A stretch of 47,699 nucleotides of DNA, taken from NCBI RefSeq assembly GCF_004010195.1, contig NC_057752.1:8374567-8422265 (forward strand). Direction: 5' to 3'. The position numbers and the translations under genes were made by a program. Positions 1 through 12,066 of this stretch are shown here, in pieces. Within the stretch, counting starts at the first letter, position 1. Every line of letters begins with the position of its first letter. The notes beneath the pieces are model-generated. The model saw nothing but the letters and a program-made list of their open reading frames with translations, did not search any database and was not told the origin of the DNA. Source of the stretch: Chiloscyllium plagiosum (taxonomy: Eukaryota).

Positions 1-252
1 AAAAAAAGAAAAAAAAAGAAAAAAAACAGGTGTGCTTGCCCTTTGATGTGAAGGGCAGTGTTTGTCACTGGCCACCCGGGTGTTTTCCTATCTTCCTGGT
101 GGTGGAATTTGAATAATGATTTGTACACTTTGTGTCTTTCATTGTGTCTCACACCTGCACACACACACACCATGGGTGCTGGGAAAAAAATAAGCACTAC
201 CGCACTTAGGTGGTAGTGTGGGGGTTAAAAAAAACAAAAACAAAAAAAAAAA

Positions 253-371
253 CAGGAGTGTCGGAGGTTCTGTTCACTCTGAGAGCTAGCTCTGGATCAG
301 TGGCAAGGACTCTCCACATGTAAATAAAGGGTGACATGGTGATGGGAGACCAGCCTCTGCGGAGTTATTTC
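253..371 (+). repeat. 3' part of an LTR of the same family as the 33563-38077 Gypsy
   Basis: Reverse complement of 37854-37970 (aataaagggtgac...cctctgcggagttatttca). Confidence 0.8.
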
Positions 372-1599
372 AAAAGGGAAGACTGAGGCTGTGGTTGTCA
401 GGATTTAATATTTTAAAAAGATCCTCCTTGTCCCTGGCTTCAGGAGCCAAGCAGTGACTTTGGAAAAGAAATGCAGGGGACACAGGCACAATGTTTGTAA
501 GGTGGGCCTATGACATGGCCAGGGTTGGGCAGGGGGTGAAGGATATTTTATAGTATCAAGTTAGTTGAATTTAGGGTGCAGGTTGGCATATATAGATAAC
601 AGGATTTTCCAAATAGGGTGACGTGAGGCCATTGAAAACTAAGACCTTGAAATGAACCTTTTGGGAGATGAGTGGAGATAAGTGAAGAGTTGGGTTATAG
701 ATTTCAAGATCCATTGAAATTTTGTGGTAACTGATGAGAATAGCATATTTAAGAAATTGACTGTTCAGGTGACAACTGGATGAAAGCTTTGTGTGGCTGA
801 CATTAAGTAATAAGCTAAGCGGGGAATGTTCTGGAGGCAAAATTGGGTATTTCTGAGTACAAAACTTCAGCCCCAAGCCAAAGCGAGGATTAAAGAGAAG
901 ACTGAAGCATTTGCTGATGATAATGATTCTAGATATCAAGAATTTAAGTTTTGAGGAGGGCTGAAGTTGGGCTTTGTTTTTTGGAATTTTCAAGGTTACA
1001 TGAAGAAAATTAGCAAAGTTTAGTATTTCGAGTTAAAAAGCAGAGGATAAAATTAAAATGGTGAAATTGGAATGAGAAGGGATGTCAGGTAGAGATTTTC
1101 CATTAGTTATAAACTTGTAAATTAAGTCACCACAGAATATCATAAGTGAACAATATAAATGATTTCAAGAGTCAATGAAATGTGTTTCTAGAGAGAAAAA
1201 ATATTGAAAAATGTAGTGAGGATGTGGAACTGGATCAAAAGAGAGGCTTGAGGGAATGATTGCCTTCATGTTTGTGAAAATTCTTATTCAAAGCAGAAAT
1301 AAAGAACTAATACCTTTCCTGGTCTCAAGACACTCGTACAAAAATGCGGCAACCAATTTACACAAGCAAGGTCCCACAACAGCAACTGAATAATGACCAG
1401 ATTGATTGTTTTGTTCAGTGAATGTTTGTGAAAGGATGAGTAGTGGCCAGGATGCCTGGGAAAGCCATGCTGCTCCTCTTCAAAATAGTGGCATTTGAAA
1501 GAGTGGACAGGGTCTGGATTTAACATAACTTAAATATTTCAGACAACTTTGTGAATATTTTTGAAGTCCTGTGTTGATGGGAGTGCTTCATGAGCTGTC

Positions 1600-2450
1600 A
1601 GCTGGTGATGTTCTTTGAAGAGAATGTTTTCCTTACAGACATCAGGAGCCTCAAAATGTACACACACAGGAAGCCACTCAAGCTGTGTTAGGAACAATTG
1701 CCATGACTTCCTGGAGGTGGATATCCATCATGTTTGTGTGGTGACTCCTGAATCAAGTTGAGCAGTATTATTCTGCCACAGTGTAAACCAGGCAAGTGAA
1801 AAAGTATGTACTGTGTTGGCTCTGCTGTCCCAGGGAGTACTTGCAAATCTCCATTTGAGATCCAGTTTGATCATGATCTTCATTCCAGTGTTCTGGAGGT
1901 GTTGCCAGCAAGTCAACATATGGCTAAGGGTGATGCCAAGGTAATTTGGCACTGGGATATGGGTTAGTGGTCAGTACAGAACTGAACATAGCATTCTTCC
2001 TGTCATTCAAGTTGTTCAGGTGGAAGGCTGAAATGGTAATCCTTGCAGTGTCTGAAGTCTCCATTTTCTAGAGGAGGCTAAAGTGTTCCTTACTGGCACA
2101 AACTTTATATCCTACAAATTGATGACAGCCTTATCTCTTGATGGTGACCTGGGTGACTGCAAACATCATGCATCACAAATTGATAGCTGACCAGTGGTGA
2201 AGTCACAGGTTTCCACCTTCCATGGAAAATGTGGACAAATCTCAGTTGCTGGAGGACAGGCCATTTCTCTATAAGTGCACCATGAGAAACAGCTCAAATT
2301 GTGAATGTGGCCATCCAATTCAGACTATCACTGACTGAAGTCCTGCCCTGAGAGATGCATTCCTGGTCACATCACAACAATTCACACTGCATCAGCTGAA
2401 GCCATTGAATGGACTATTAACCTTGAAACCAAACTATAACTGCTTCCCCA
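1600..2450 (-). mobile_element. Decayed non-LTR retrotransposon RT C-terminal region (I-group, Ingi/Vingi-like)
   Basis: PNYLGITLSHMLT...HLQN...TPWDSRANTVHTFSLA resembles the YLG.TLDR.L...GTTWGA.A.TLR...LAL motif; clade assignment tentative. Confidence 0.5.
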
Positions 2451-3205
2451 CCTGCAAAAAAAATCTGCATAAAACAAAATCTGAAATATGCTGATGAGAA
2501 ATGATTGGGTGATCAAAAAGGTAAATTTAAAAGGATCTTAAAGGCGTAAAGAGAGGTGGTGAGCAGAGAGGGTTAGAGAGAGAATTCAGAATTCAGAGTG
2601 GATTATAAGGTTTAACAATGGGAAGGGCAAGCCCATATAAGGATTTAAACACTAGCATTAGAATTTTAAACATGAGGCAGTGTGGGACTGGGACACAATG
2701 TGAATCACTAAGGAGAAGGGAGATAGGTGAGCAGATTTGATGTGGAACACAATACTAAGTGGATCAGAATCAAGCCATTTTTATTTGACAAGAAATGGCA
2801 TTTGAAAATCATCTCACTGGATTAATAAACACTATTCTGTTTATCAGGAATCAGTATTAAAATCCAGAACAGACTGATAGTATATTTTTTGTGAACTGTA
2901 AGGACTGTATGTGAAATCATTTTAGCTATTTTCAACATGTGCATATGGGTCTCAGCACTTGTTTGCTTTTACCAGAAATCATACCAGTCTACAGGCTGGC
3001 GTGTGAAATAGCAGTATAAAACTGGTGCAACTGAGGCTTCTTTTCTGAGATCAGAATTCACATTCATTGAGAAAGCAAAGTAAACTTGAACTGTATCTGG
3101 CCCACTAGATTGACATTATTCATCCTAATGAGCATAACTTCACTGTTTTTCCAAATAAATGAACCTGAAGTATGACTCACCTGATTCATGAGCATCAACA
3201 TACAT

Positions 3206-3224
3206 TTATTTTTGAATGGAACTG
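3206..3224 (-). CDS. slc4a8: Putative last coding exon (exon 3181-3224; codes (S)SSIQK*, TAA at 3208-3206, then 25 nt of 3'UTR before a donor)
   Basis: Strong acceptor ctttcttttacag|CAG and consensus donor CAG|gtgagt; phase-2 entry gives a short tail and stop, as in the short terminal exons of SLC4A8/SLC4A10. Homology is positional only. Confidence 0.7.
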
Positions 3225-3877
3225 CTGTAAAAGAAAGTCATATTACTAAGTATAACGAAGGAAGATGTTAAAGGTGTTCTTCTCAATATTTATGGGCTAA
3301 TTTTCATACAGGATGCACACTAAGCAGAGCAATCACACTGTCCACCCAATGAATGTCAGAACCATTTTCATGTTCAGGCCTTATTGACTGAGATTGGCAA
3401 ACTGTCAATGCTAAACAAGAACTAGTAGATAATTTGTTAATTATCCAAAGATCAAGCTGCTCCTTTAATCAGTCAAGAGTTTGGGAATAAAAGGGCACCC
3501 ATGTCACCATCAGTAGGAGTAAAGGTTTTATGAGGCTGAAAGAACAACAAAAAATTAATTCCATAGATATATTGGGAGTTTTTTCTGAGCAGCTTACAGC
3601 AATTCCTTTAAGGATTACTGGTTAGGTGGCTCAAAGCTCAGTACCAATTGGCAGAGTGTGCATGCAAATTAAGTCAATTCAAATTTTTAATAAATGTGCC
3701 ACCTGATTTCAGGCAGGAAACTGAGTATGTAATTGAAATTTTACTCAAGAATCAAGTTTGGCAGGGCTCTGGTAGCCAGTGGGTGATAGGTTTTAAAGTT
3801 CACCATGGTGAGTTTAGTGGCATGGAGGCATTTAGTCAATGAGTAGAGTTGTAATAGTGCACCCATCACTTTCCCAC

Positions 3878-3975
3878 TTCTGAGGCAGGGTCACTGGACC
3901 CAAAATATTAACTCTGCTTTCTCTCCACAGATGCTGCCAGACCTGCTGAGCTTTTCCAGCAATTTTTATTTTGTA
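3878..3975 (+). repeat. Old PLE-like pseudo-LTR fragment (third family) with decayed hammerhead; related copies at about 11295-11420 (-) and 42815-42930 (+)
   Basis: ctgaggca-gggtc-actg-gaccc-aaaatatt resembles CUGANGA-stemII-GAAACGUU after CpG decay; shared tail ctctccacagatgctgccagacctgctgag. Confidence 0.6.
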
Positions 3976-4058
3976 CCTTCCCATTTTTGTCCAAGTTAAA
4001 TCTGTAATGGGGAAGGTCACAGGGTGTAGGTTTGCTCGCTGAGCTGTAGGTTTGATAT

Positions 4059-4098
4059 CCAGACGTTTCATTACCTGGCTAGGTAACATCATCAGTGG
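4059..4098 (-). ncRNA. Minimal type I hammerhead ribozyme motif, PLE family A, core intact
   Basis: CCA-CUGAUGA-U-GUUACCU-AGCC-AGGUAAU-GAAACGUC-UGG: stem I CCA/UGG, stem II hairpin, palindromic ACGU stem III, GUC cleavage triplet. Confidence 0.8.
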
Positions 4099-4562
4099 CG
4101 ACCTCCAAGTGAAGCGAAGCTGTTGTCTCCTGCTTTCTACTTATATGTTTTTTTGTCCTGGATGGGGTTCCTGGGGTTTCTGGTGATGTCATTTCCTGTT
4201 CGTTTTCTGAGGGGTTGATAGATGGTATCTAGATCTATGTGTTTGTTTATGGCGTTGTGGTTGGAGTGCCAGGCCTCTCGGAATTCTCTGGCATGTCTTT
4301 GCTTAGCCTGTCCCAGAATAGATGTGTTGTGCCAATCGAAATGGTTTTTTTCCCACTGTGTGTAGGGCTAAGAGGGAGAGAGGGTCGTGTCTTTTTGTGG
4401 CTAGCTAGTGTTTGTGTATCCTGGTGGCTAACTTTCTTCCTGTTTGTCCTACGTAGTGTTTCTGGCAGTCCTTGCATGGAATTTTGTAGATGACGTTGGT
4501 TTTGTCCATTGGCTGTACTGTATACCTGCGTATACAGAAAACCGACAAACACTGACCAAATA

Positions 4563-5500
4563 NNNNNNNNNNNNNNNNNNNNNNNNNNNNNNNNNNNNNN
4601 NNNNNNNNNNNNNNNNNNNNNNNNNNNNNNNNNNNNNNNNNNNNNNNNNNNNNNNNNNNNNNNNNNNNNNNNNNNNNNNNNNNNNNNNNNNNNNNNNNNN
4701 NNNNNNNNNNNNNNNNNNNNNNNNNNNNNNNNNNNNNNNNNNNNNNNNNNNNNNNNNNNNNNNNNNNNNNNNNNNNNNNNNNNNNNNNNNNNNNNNNNNN
4801 NNNNNNNNNNNNNNNNNNNNNNNNNNNNNNNNNNNNNNNNNNNNNNNNNNNNNNNNNNNNNNNNNNNNNNNNNNNNNNNNNNNNNNNNNNNNNNNNNNNN
4901 NNNNNNNNNNNNNNNNNNNNNNNNNNNNNNNNNNNNNNNNNNNNNNNNNNNNNNNNNNNNNNNNNNNNNNNNNNNNNNNNNNNNNNNNNNNNNNNNNNNN
5001 NNNNNNNNNNNNNNNNNNNNNNNNNNNNNNNNNNNNNNNNNNNNNNNNNNNNNNNNNNNNNNNNNNNNNNNNNNNNNNNNNNNNNNNNNNNNNNNNNNNN
5101 NNNNNNNNNNNNNNNNNNNNNNNNNNNNNNNNNNNNNNNNNNNNNNNNNNNNNNNNNNNNNNNNNNNNNNNNNNNNNNNNNNNNNNNNNNNNNNNNNNNN
5201 NNNNNNNNNNNNNNNNNNNNNNNNNNNNNNNNNNNNNNNNNNNNNNNNNNNNNNNNNNNNNNNNNNNNNNNNNNNNNNNNNNNNNNNNNNNNNNNNNNNN
5301 NNNNNNNNNNNNNNNNNNNNNNNNNNNNNNNNNNNNNNNNNNNNNNNNNNNNNNNNNNNNNNNNNNNNNNNNNNNNNNNNNNNNNNNNNNNNNNNNNNNN
5401 NNNNNNNNNNNNNNNNNNNNNNNNNNNNNNNNNNNNNNNNNNNNNNNNNNNNNNNNNNNNNNNNNNNNNNNNNNNNNNNNNNNNNNNNNNNNNNNNNNNN
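4563..5500. other. Assembly gap
   Basis: Run of N. Confidence 1.
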
Positions 5501-5548
5501 ATATAAATAGAAAGCAGGAGACAACAGCTTCGCTTCACTTGGAGGTCG

Positions 5549-5588
5549 CCACTGATGATGTTACCTAGCCAGGTAATGAAACATCTGG
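5549..5588 (+). ncRNA. Hammerhead motif, family A inverted copy, mutated (GAAACAUC)
   Basis: Same as 4059-4098 except a G>A change that destroys the ACGU palindrome. Confidence 0.65.
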
Positions 5589-6549
5589 ATATCAAACCTA
5601 CAGCTCAGTGAGCAAACCTACACCCTAAACCTCAACCTGAGCTACAAACCTTCACAAACCGGGAAGGTCACAGTTGGCCTTCCCATCCCACTGCAAAATG
5701 AGGCAGCTAATTGGCCCCTGCTACCAAATTCCCCACCACCACCAACCCATCTCTCGTCACTCATGGTCAGGTCCCTTCATGAACCTGAATCTCTGATGGG
5801 TTCATTACTAATAGTAGCTAACTGGTATTGTCATTTATTGAGGCTAACCATAAAATTGTGAATTAAATAATGTAACAAAAGAATGCAAAACAGGTAATAA
5901 GAATCTACGTCTGACAAAATTAACCCCTATTAACAAGGTCATTCAATGAGGAGCATAGTTCTCTCGATACCAACTGCCTTGAATTACCCAAAGCAAATTA
6001 TTATTCAAGTGTGAATATAACAAGCAAAGATCGACAAGCTATTCGACAGTGGGAAGAACCAGAATCAAGCGTGATTCTGTCTCTCAGGATGTCTACATGT
6101 TCCCTTTCCATGTTACTGGATAGCAGATAGCAGTGAGAACCTTGACTGATGATCCCTTCTGTTACTAGGACTGAGGTCAATTGAAGGTCCGTCTTCTGAC
6201 CAAAGCTAGCACTCTGAGGTCAACCAGCACAGACTGGGGTCAGACCAGACTTCCCAAGCTGTATATTATGATTGTATAATAACTGTAATAACTGAGCCCA
6301 CCATGGAATGGAGACTTGAAGCTCTGCCTCAAAAACTTGGAATAGGCACACATTTGTGCGTTGCTGAAGGAAAGAAAAACAAACTAACTGTGTGGGAACC
6401 TTTTCCTTGTTCAAGAATAGTGCATCAACTACCGTAATTGTAAATCACACAGCGGCCTACTCCATATTTTTTGATCCAGTAGGAAAGGATGACTATGTGA
6501 CCAGAATGACAAAAACGTTAAAATTACATTAAATGAATACTAGTTTTAC

Positions 6550-6663
6550 CTTTTTGAAGTTGTGTTATCCTTTGTTTTGTTGCTCTCTGTATTCATACTG
6601 AGTGCCTTCCAAACTGTAGATTTAGACATTTCATCAGAGATATTAATTTCAGATGGATCACAC
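6550..6663 (-). CDS. slc4a8: SLC4A8-like C-terminal exon (CDPSEINISDEMSKSTVWKALSMNTESNKTKDNTTSK)
   Basis: tttgattatag| acceptor and AG|gtaaaa donor; 114 nt, phase 2/2; matches the recalled NDCBE-A motif RCDPSEINISDEMPKTTVWKALSMN. Confidence 0.92.
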
Positions 6664-9395
6664 CTATAATCAAAGTTGAGGTGCCATAATCAAGAAAGAG
6701 ATTATCAAGATTTTAAGAAAATTCTAACAGATTAATACATAATCAACTCAACAGTATCATTTCCAATTCCAGTCACATAATAAAGGCAGTCAGAGAACTG
6801 TTTTCAGCTCAGAGAATGGGCAAGTGAGCCGAAGATTTGTTTAGAGCCACTGCTGCTATAACTCCTGAACAGTGGTGTTTACTATGAGTTGTGGTGCTGT
6901 TTCATTTTCACTACTGAGGAAAATCTCCCCTCCCAACTTCAATTTACAAGACACAATATGCTGTGGGGCATGCATCCAAATCTGAATACTACTACTTATA
7001 TTAAATTGTTGAGTTTTTGTAAAACAAAAATGAATATGGTTTTAATTACATTTCATAAGTTTAACCCAGCAGTCAGCATGTCTGCATGACTGAAATATAC
7101 TTTTTCACATAATAAAACCATGATTATCACTTCAGTAGGACACCAATCATTTTACATCTCAGCAGAATGAAGATTCTCAAATATTGTGTTAGTAATTCAT
7201 ATCTGGAATTTTGTCCATTTGTTTAATTATTTAACAAGCAAAACGAGTGTAATGTGGAGAAACTTGTACTGCGTGCACTAGTTCAGTATTTGCCCTTTTT
7301 TTGCGCTTATTTCAAAATTGCTTCTTGCATTAGCAGTATTAAGGGAGGTTCTGTGGCCAGGTGCAGTCTATATGACCAGTGTTCTTGCCACTGGAACTTA
7401 TATTTACCCTTTTTACCACTAGCACACTGGCTGCTGCATGTACTATCTTTACATATACTGTAGCAATTTACCAAGCTTAATGCAGTAGCATTTTTTAATC
7501 CTATGAAATTTCGCACCAAGAAGGCCAAGAGCAGCAATGTCTTGGGGACAGGAACATCTCCAAGTTCCCATTCAAGGCACACCATCCTGACTTGACATTA
7601 TGACTGTTGCTTCATCATCAGTAGGAGAAATTCCTGGTATTTCCTACTTTCAGTAGAACAGTAGCAGTGGAGGAGGAGTTCCATGACCACTTTCTTATAA
7701 CAACAAGTAAGCCCTCACTATTGAGGCCAAGATCATCCCAAATAAACTGAAACATAGCACAATGACTGGTCATGCAGAATACACTGTTAGGCTACAGACT
7801 GTGAAATTTATTTTATTTTGGCATGTGCTGTATTGTTGTTCCGCTACATAAAAACTTTGAAACATAGAAAATGTAACTATTCCACAACAATGGAAGTTCC
7901 ATTCAAGTAGTGATACTTCCATGCTTATTTAAATTACTCAGCTGAAAATACTTTCAAAACATAATGAATTCTGTACCAAAGCGTTACACTAAAATTATAA
8001 TTTCAGAAGCACAACCAAATTATATCTTCCCTGTGCGAGTGTAAAATCTTTCACTACATACCTCATGAAGAATTCTGTACTGGAAATGTGATTTGCTGCT
8101 TTCTATTTTAAAAACATACTCATCTGTTCCAGGACTTGTTGGATATTCATGTTGGATCTGGTAATAAATGTTATTAAATATGCAACAAGAAGCACTGTTG
8201 CAGTTTTAAACTTGGGACATCAATATTTTATTCACTAAAAGGCAGGAACTCAGGAAATAAACAGTCTTTTAGGATTTCCCATATGCTCAGCTTGTCAACC
8301 AAAACAAAGAAACATAGATTCTACATGCTGTACAGCAATATTAGCAGTGTTTTGCAGATTTCAGTTTTTAAATCCATGGTTAACAGGTGAACAACTGGTG
8401 CATTCACTATATTGCAAGTATGTACAAATTGTGCGCTCTTTGCAATGCATTTTACTTTGCATAAGTTCCATTCAAGAAAATAGCGCAAATCTTCAAGTCA
8501 CTGACATTTTAAATAATTTTTCTTTTATACATCTTTAATATACATGTCTGGAATATCATTGCAACAGATAATTAGCTTTAGTGCACAAAAAGGCCACACG
8601 TATCTTTCTCCATTAGAGAGGGACAACTGGCTATATGTAGCTTGAAAAGCACCTGAAAAAAAGCATGGGGCAAGTCGAGGAGAAACGCTTCCATTAACTA
8701 CTAATTGTAACACATATCCAAAGGATTGAGACAATGCTGGCCTGGATGATACTTTTCTTGCGCAGTAATAGGATGTTGCTGATGGCACGCATTGCATTTT
8801 TTGTAATACTGCTGGTAACGACAGTGCATTCAATACATTCTTGCATTGTTTTACCATAATTATAGAATTAGCCGCCAGAGTATGAAGCTGCAAGATATGA
8901 AATATTTTTTGAACATACTGGTTTGGAGTCATGCCTCAACATAATTGTACAACATTGTGAACTCGTCGTAAAAATCTTTGGACAACAGGTCATTAATTTT
9001 TCTGGTACACTTATAATTAATCAAACTTGCTGTTTTGGTAGTTTGGCATTACAGTGTACCGACATTAATGGCAATGACAAATATCACTTTACTTGGTAGA
9101 CAAGTTAACTATAAATAGGAAACACTCAGAAACTGGCAATATACTTACGGATATACTCTATATTTATAGAGAATATCAAATCTGATCCATTTACACAGAC
9201 TGGTATTTTTAGAATTTAAAAAATTACTTATTACTTAGTTAATGCAATTTATATTTCATTTTCATATGTGATATCATCTGGGTAAGAAATGGCTGGAAAT
9301 GTTCAAGACAAACAACATTAAAAACATCGCTATGGCAACTATTGAAGCTCTACTAAGTAACCGTGAAGTATTAGAAACACTATTGACTAGATTAC

Positions 9396-9493
9396 CTATA
9401 AATATTACTCTTTACTGGGCTTTGAAGCAGTTTTCTACTTTCCATTGGTAGGTGCACACCACCGTCCCCTGGTTCCAGCATTTTCTCTGATTC
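9396..9493 (-). CDS. slc4a8: SLC4A8-like C-terminal exon (ESEKMLEPGDGGVHLPMESRKLLQSPVKSNIY-R)
   Basis: ctctctctaatctag| acceptor and AG|gtaatc donor; 98 nt, phase 0/2; aligns with the recalled human NDCBE-A EAEKMLE...PLESRKLLSSP. Not shown in the ORF track. Confidence 0.9.
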
Positions 9494-12066
9494 CTAGATT
9501 AGAGAGAGATACAAACACTGTTATAGACTGAAAAAAAACCCGACCAATAACGGGTTGTTGTTCTGCTAAACCAAATCCACAATTTTATAAAAATGATGAT
9601 TAATACTGATCCTAGGATATTATTGTACTATAGTGCCAAATCATTACACAGATATCGCAATTAAGAAGTGGGTTTTTTTCTGTATGAGGGAGGTGGCTCT
9701 GAGAACCTTGTCATGACTGAAGTCCATATCTTTTCAGCATATTCTATTATTTATGTAACTTCAAATACTGGGAAATGCCAAATTGTTCTTATTTTTGAAA
9801 AAGATCACAAATTCCATGCGCTAAAATATATTTTTGCCAGTTTTATTCAGAATTTTCTACATCATACAAAAATGAATTGTGTATTTAATCCTAATTAAGC
9901 ACAGACTAGGATGATTTATAAACTACTTCATCATGTTTCAGACATTTTAACTTTTTAGTTCATCAAAATAATTTGTGAATTAACTCTATTTAAGTAATGC
10001 CAAAAAAGTAAATCAACCCACAAAATGTGTGATGCATGGCTTAGTATAGTTTCCTTATTTTTCAAGGAGAGACACAAAATTGTGTGGAGAAAGTGAGGTT
10101 TGTTTACAATTGTTACTCGTATTCTCATTTGTTGTTTGTAAAATAAAGCAACTTAATGATTTGAGTCAGACCCGGTTTCACCGAGCGTTTATCAGCTTGT
10201 CTACTGAAAAACATGGAATATGCAAAAATCTTAACGAATATTTCCAAACTATGTAATCTGAGAATTGTGATTTGCAGTGTCCAAAAGACATATCAATCTA
10301 ATTCAGATCACAAGTTAATTACATTTAGTTAATTTGTCAATAGAGCCATTGAAAGGTTACAGTACAGAAAGAAACCATTTAGCCCGTTTTGTGCTTGTGC
10401 TAGCCGAATAAACTCTAATCTGAAATTTAGAAAGCCAGATAATTATATAAATGTATATAATGAAATTGAACAGACTATATGCAAGATTACAAAGATTCTA
10501 TTTTGAGATTGTTAATTCAGTGCTTGCCTTTAAATTATTGAATTGAACTGGGGTGTCAAACATGGATAGACTTCAAAGAAGCATGCTTTTGAAACAGATG
10601 TCAGAAGCCTTAAAGAAGAATGAACTTCAGGAATGCATTACAAGTGTTTCAGGTGTGACTGTAAATATCAATGCGTGACAAATTGTTCGAACCAGAATAA
10701 GAAGGCTTTCAAAATGACATATGACACGGAAGGTTCAAAAGGAGAAAAGAGTGATACTGAAGAGTGATCACACTGAAGAATTTGTGCTGGTCACAAAAGG
10801 CTTTAGCCCAGTAAGGAATGTTGTAGCTACAGATGCACTCAATTTCATTGTGTAAGTTAGTGGATGGACTTCAAGTGTGTGGAGTGGCTTGGTTAAAATG
10901 TTATGTAGGTTCTTTGAATAATAAGTATTGCAAGAAATGTCCACAGCAAATACCTGGTTCTGCTAAGGTCTCCCTTGGATATATAAACTGCCACTGATCC
11001 TTTTCATAATACTGGCCAAAGGGACTTAATGATATTAACTGGTAAAGGATGAACTATTCATATAAGTTCTCAACAGAACAGACAAAATGTTGAGTTAGAA
11101 GAAATAGTTCATTACATTGCTATCTAAGATAACAGGCTACATTAGCGTCAGACTGGTTAGCTGTATTATGCTTAGCAAACGACAGTAGTATCTCCTAACA
11201 GATACTTAGCTAATAAAAGTTACATGCTTGTTAACAGTAAGAGATATGATAAACAGATGGGAACAACTGCAATGGACAACTAGTGCCAATTAAAAACCAA
11301 AAGAATTGTAGAAGCTGGAAATCAGAAACAAAAACAGAAATTGCTGGAAAAATTAAACAGGTCTGGCAGCACTTGTGGAGAGAAATTAGAGTTAACTTTT
11401 CGAGTCCAATTGACTAGCTTCTCCCAGACACAATCACATATTTCTCAGTAGGCAGAGATATACAAGGTTTCAAAGTTAAACCTTTCAGGCCTACAACATC
11501 TCCTCTAAGATATTTTCCGTTGTTTAACCAATTATACAACTGCTTTAACAAGTATATCAAGGTTGATAATTCTTCCAGCCAGTGCATATGTTGGACTCAG
11601 AGCACTGATGTGAGTTTTGAGGACGGTGGATTCAAACTTTGATCATTACTGGAGTGAATTCTGAATAATCTTCTCATGATGTTCATCATTAGGTTCATCC
11701 CACTGCAGTAGTAAAGGGCTACAGTTTGTGCAGTGATAAGGCTTTTGCAATTTCTGTGCACAGTTCTCTCCAATGTGTTGACAAGATATAAACGTTGTTG
11801 ATCTGCCAATTGTTGTATCACTATCATTTTTATTGAGATCTCTTATCTACACTTGTTGCTGTGGGCCCAGTTTGGCAACTGTTCAGTGCAGTAATATTTA
11901 TTATACTAAGTAGCTAGCTGCTGTAAATAATGCTGTCCTTTACAGTGAGCATTCTTATAGTCTTTGAGATTCATCGGAGTCAACTTTTTTGGAAGTATGG
12001 GAAGCTAAGGTTTCAACCTTCTTCCACAGTGGATGTTCTGAACTGATAGTTCAGCAAAGCTGTACA

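Larger units (their letters stand above)
4023..5660 (-). mobile_element. Penelope-like retroelement, family A, with GIY-YIG endonuclease fragment and inverted pseudo-LTRs; spans an assembly gap
   Basis: Minus-strand KTNVIYKIPCKDCQKHYVGQTGRKLATRIHKH (GIY-YIG); 4021-4146 is the inverted repeat of 5501-5626; direct repeat gggaaggtcacag at 4010-4022 and 5661-5673 (TSD). Confidence 0.9.

Noticed and set aside
571..993. 140-aa ORF
   Set aside because: No recognisable motif; it lies in low-complexity, probably repeat-derived sequence that I could not classify.
4247..5595. Long ORFs (333-425 aa) in the ORF track
   Set aside because: They are artefacts of translating through the N gap; only the GIY-YIG fragment is real.
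8525..8932. 135-aa minus-strand ORF in repeat-free intron
   Set aside because: No recognisable domain and no convincing splice context; the length is plausible by chance.
9142..9200. Consensus donor gtaagt at about 9148 suggesting an extra slc4a8 exon
   Set aside because: Weak acceptor and no homology; exons 9396-9493 and 6550-6663 already join in frame to match the known NDCBE-A tail.
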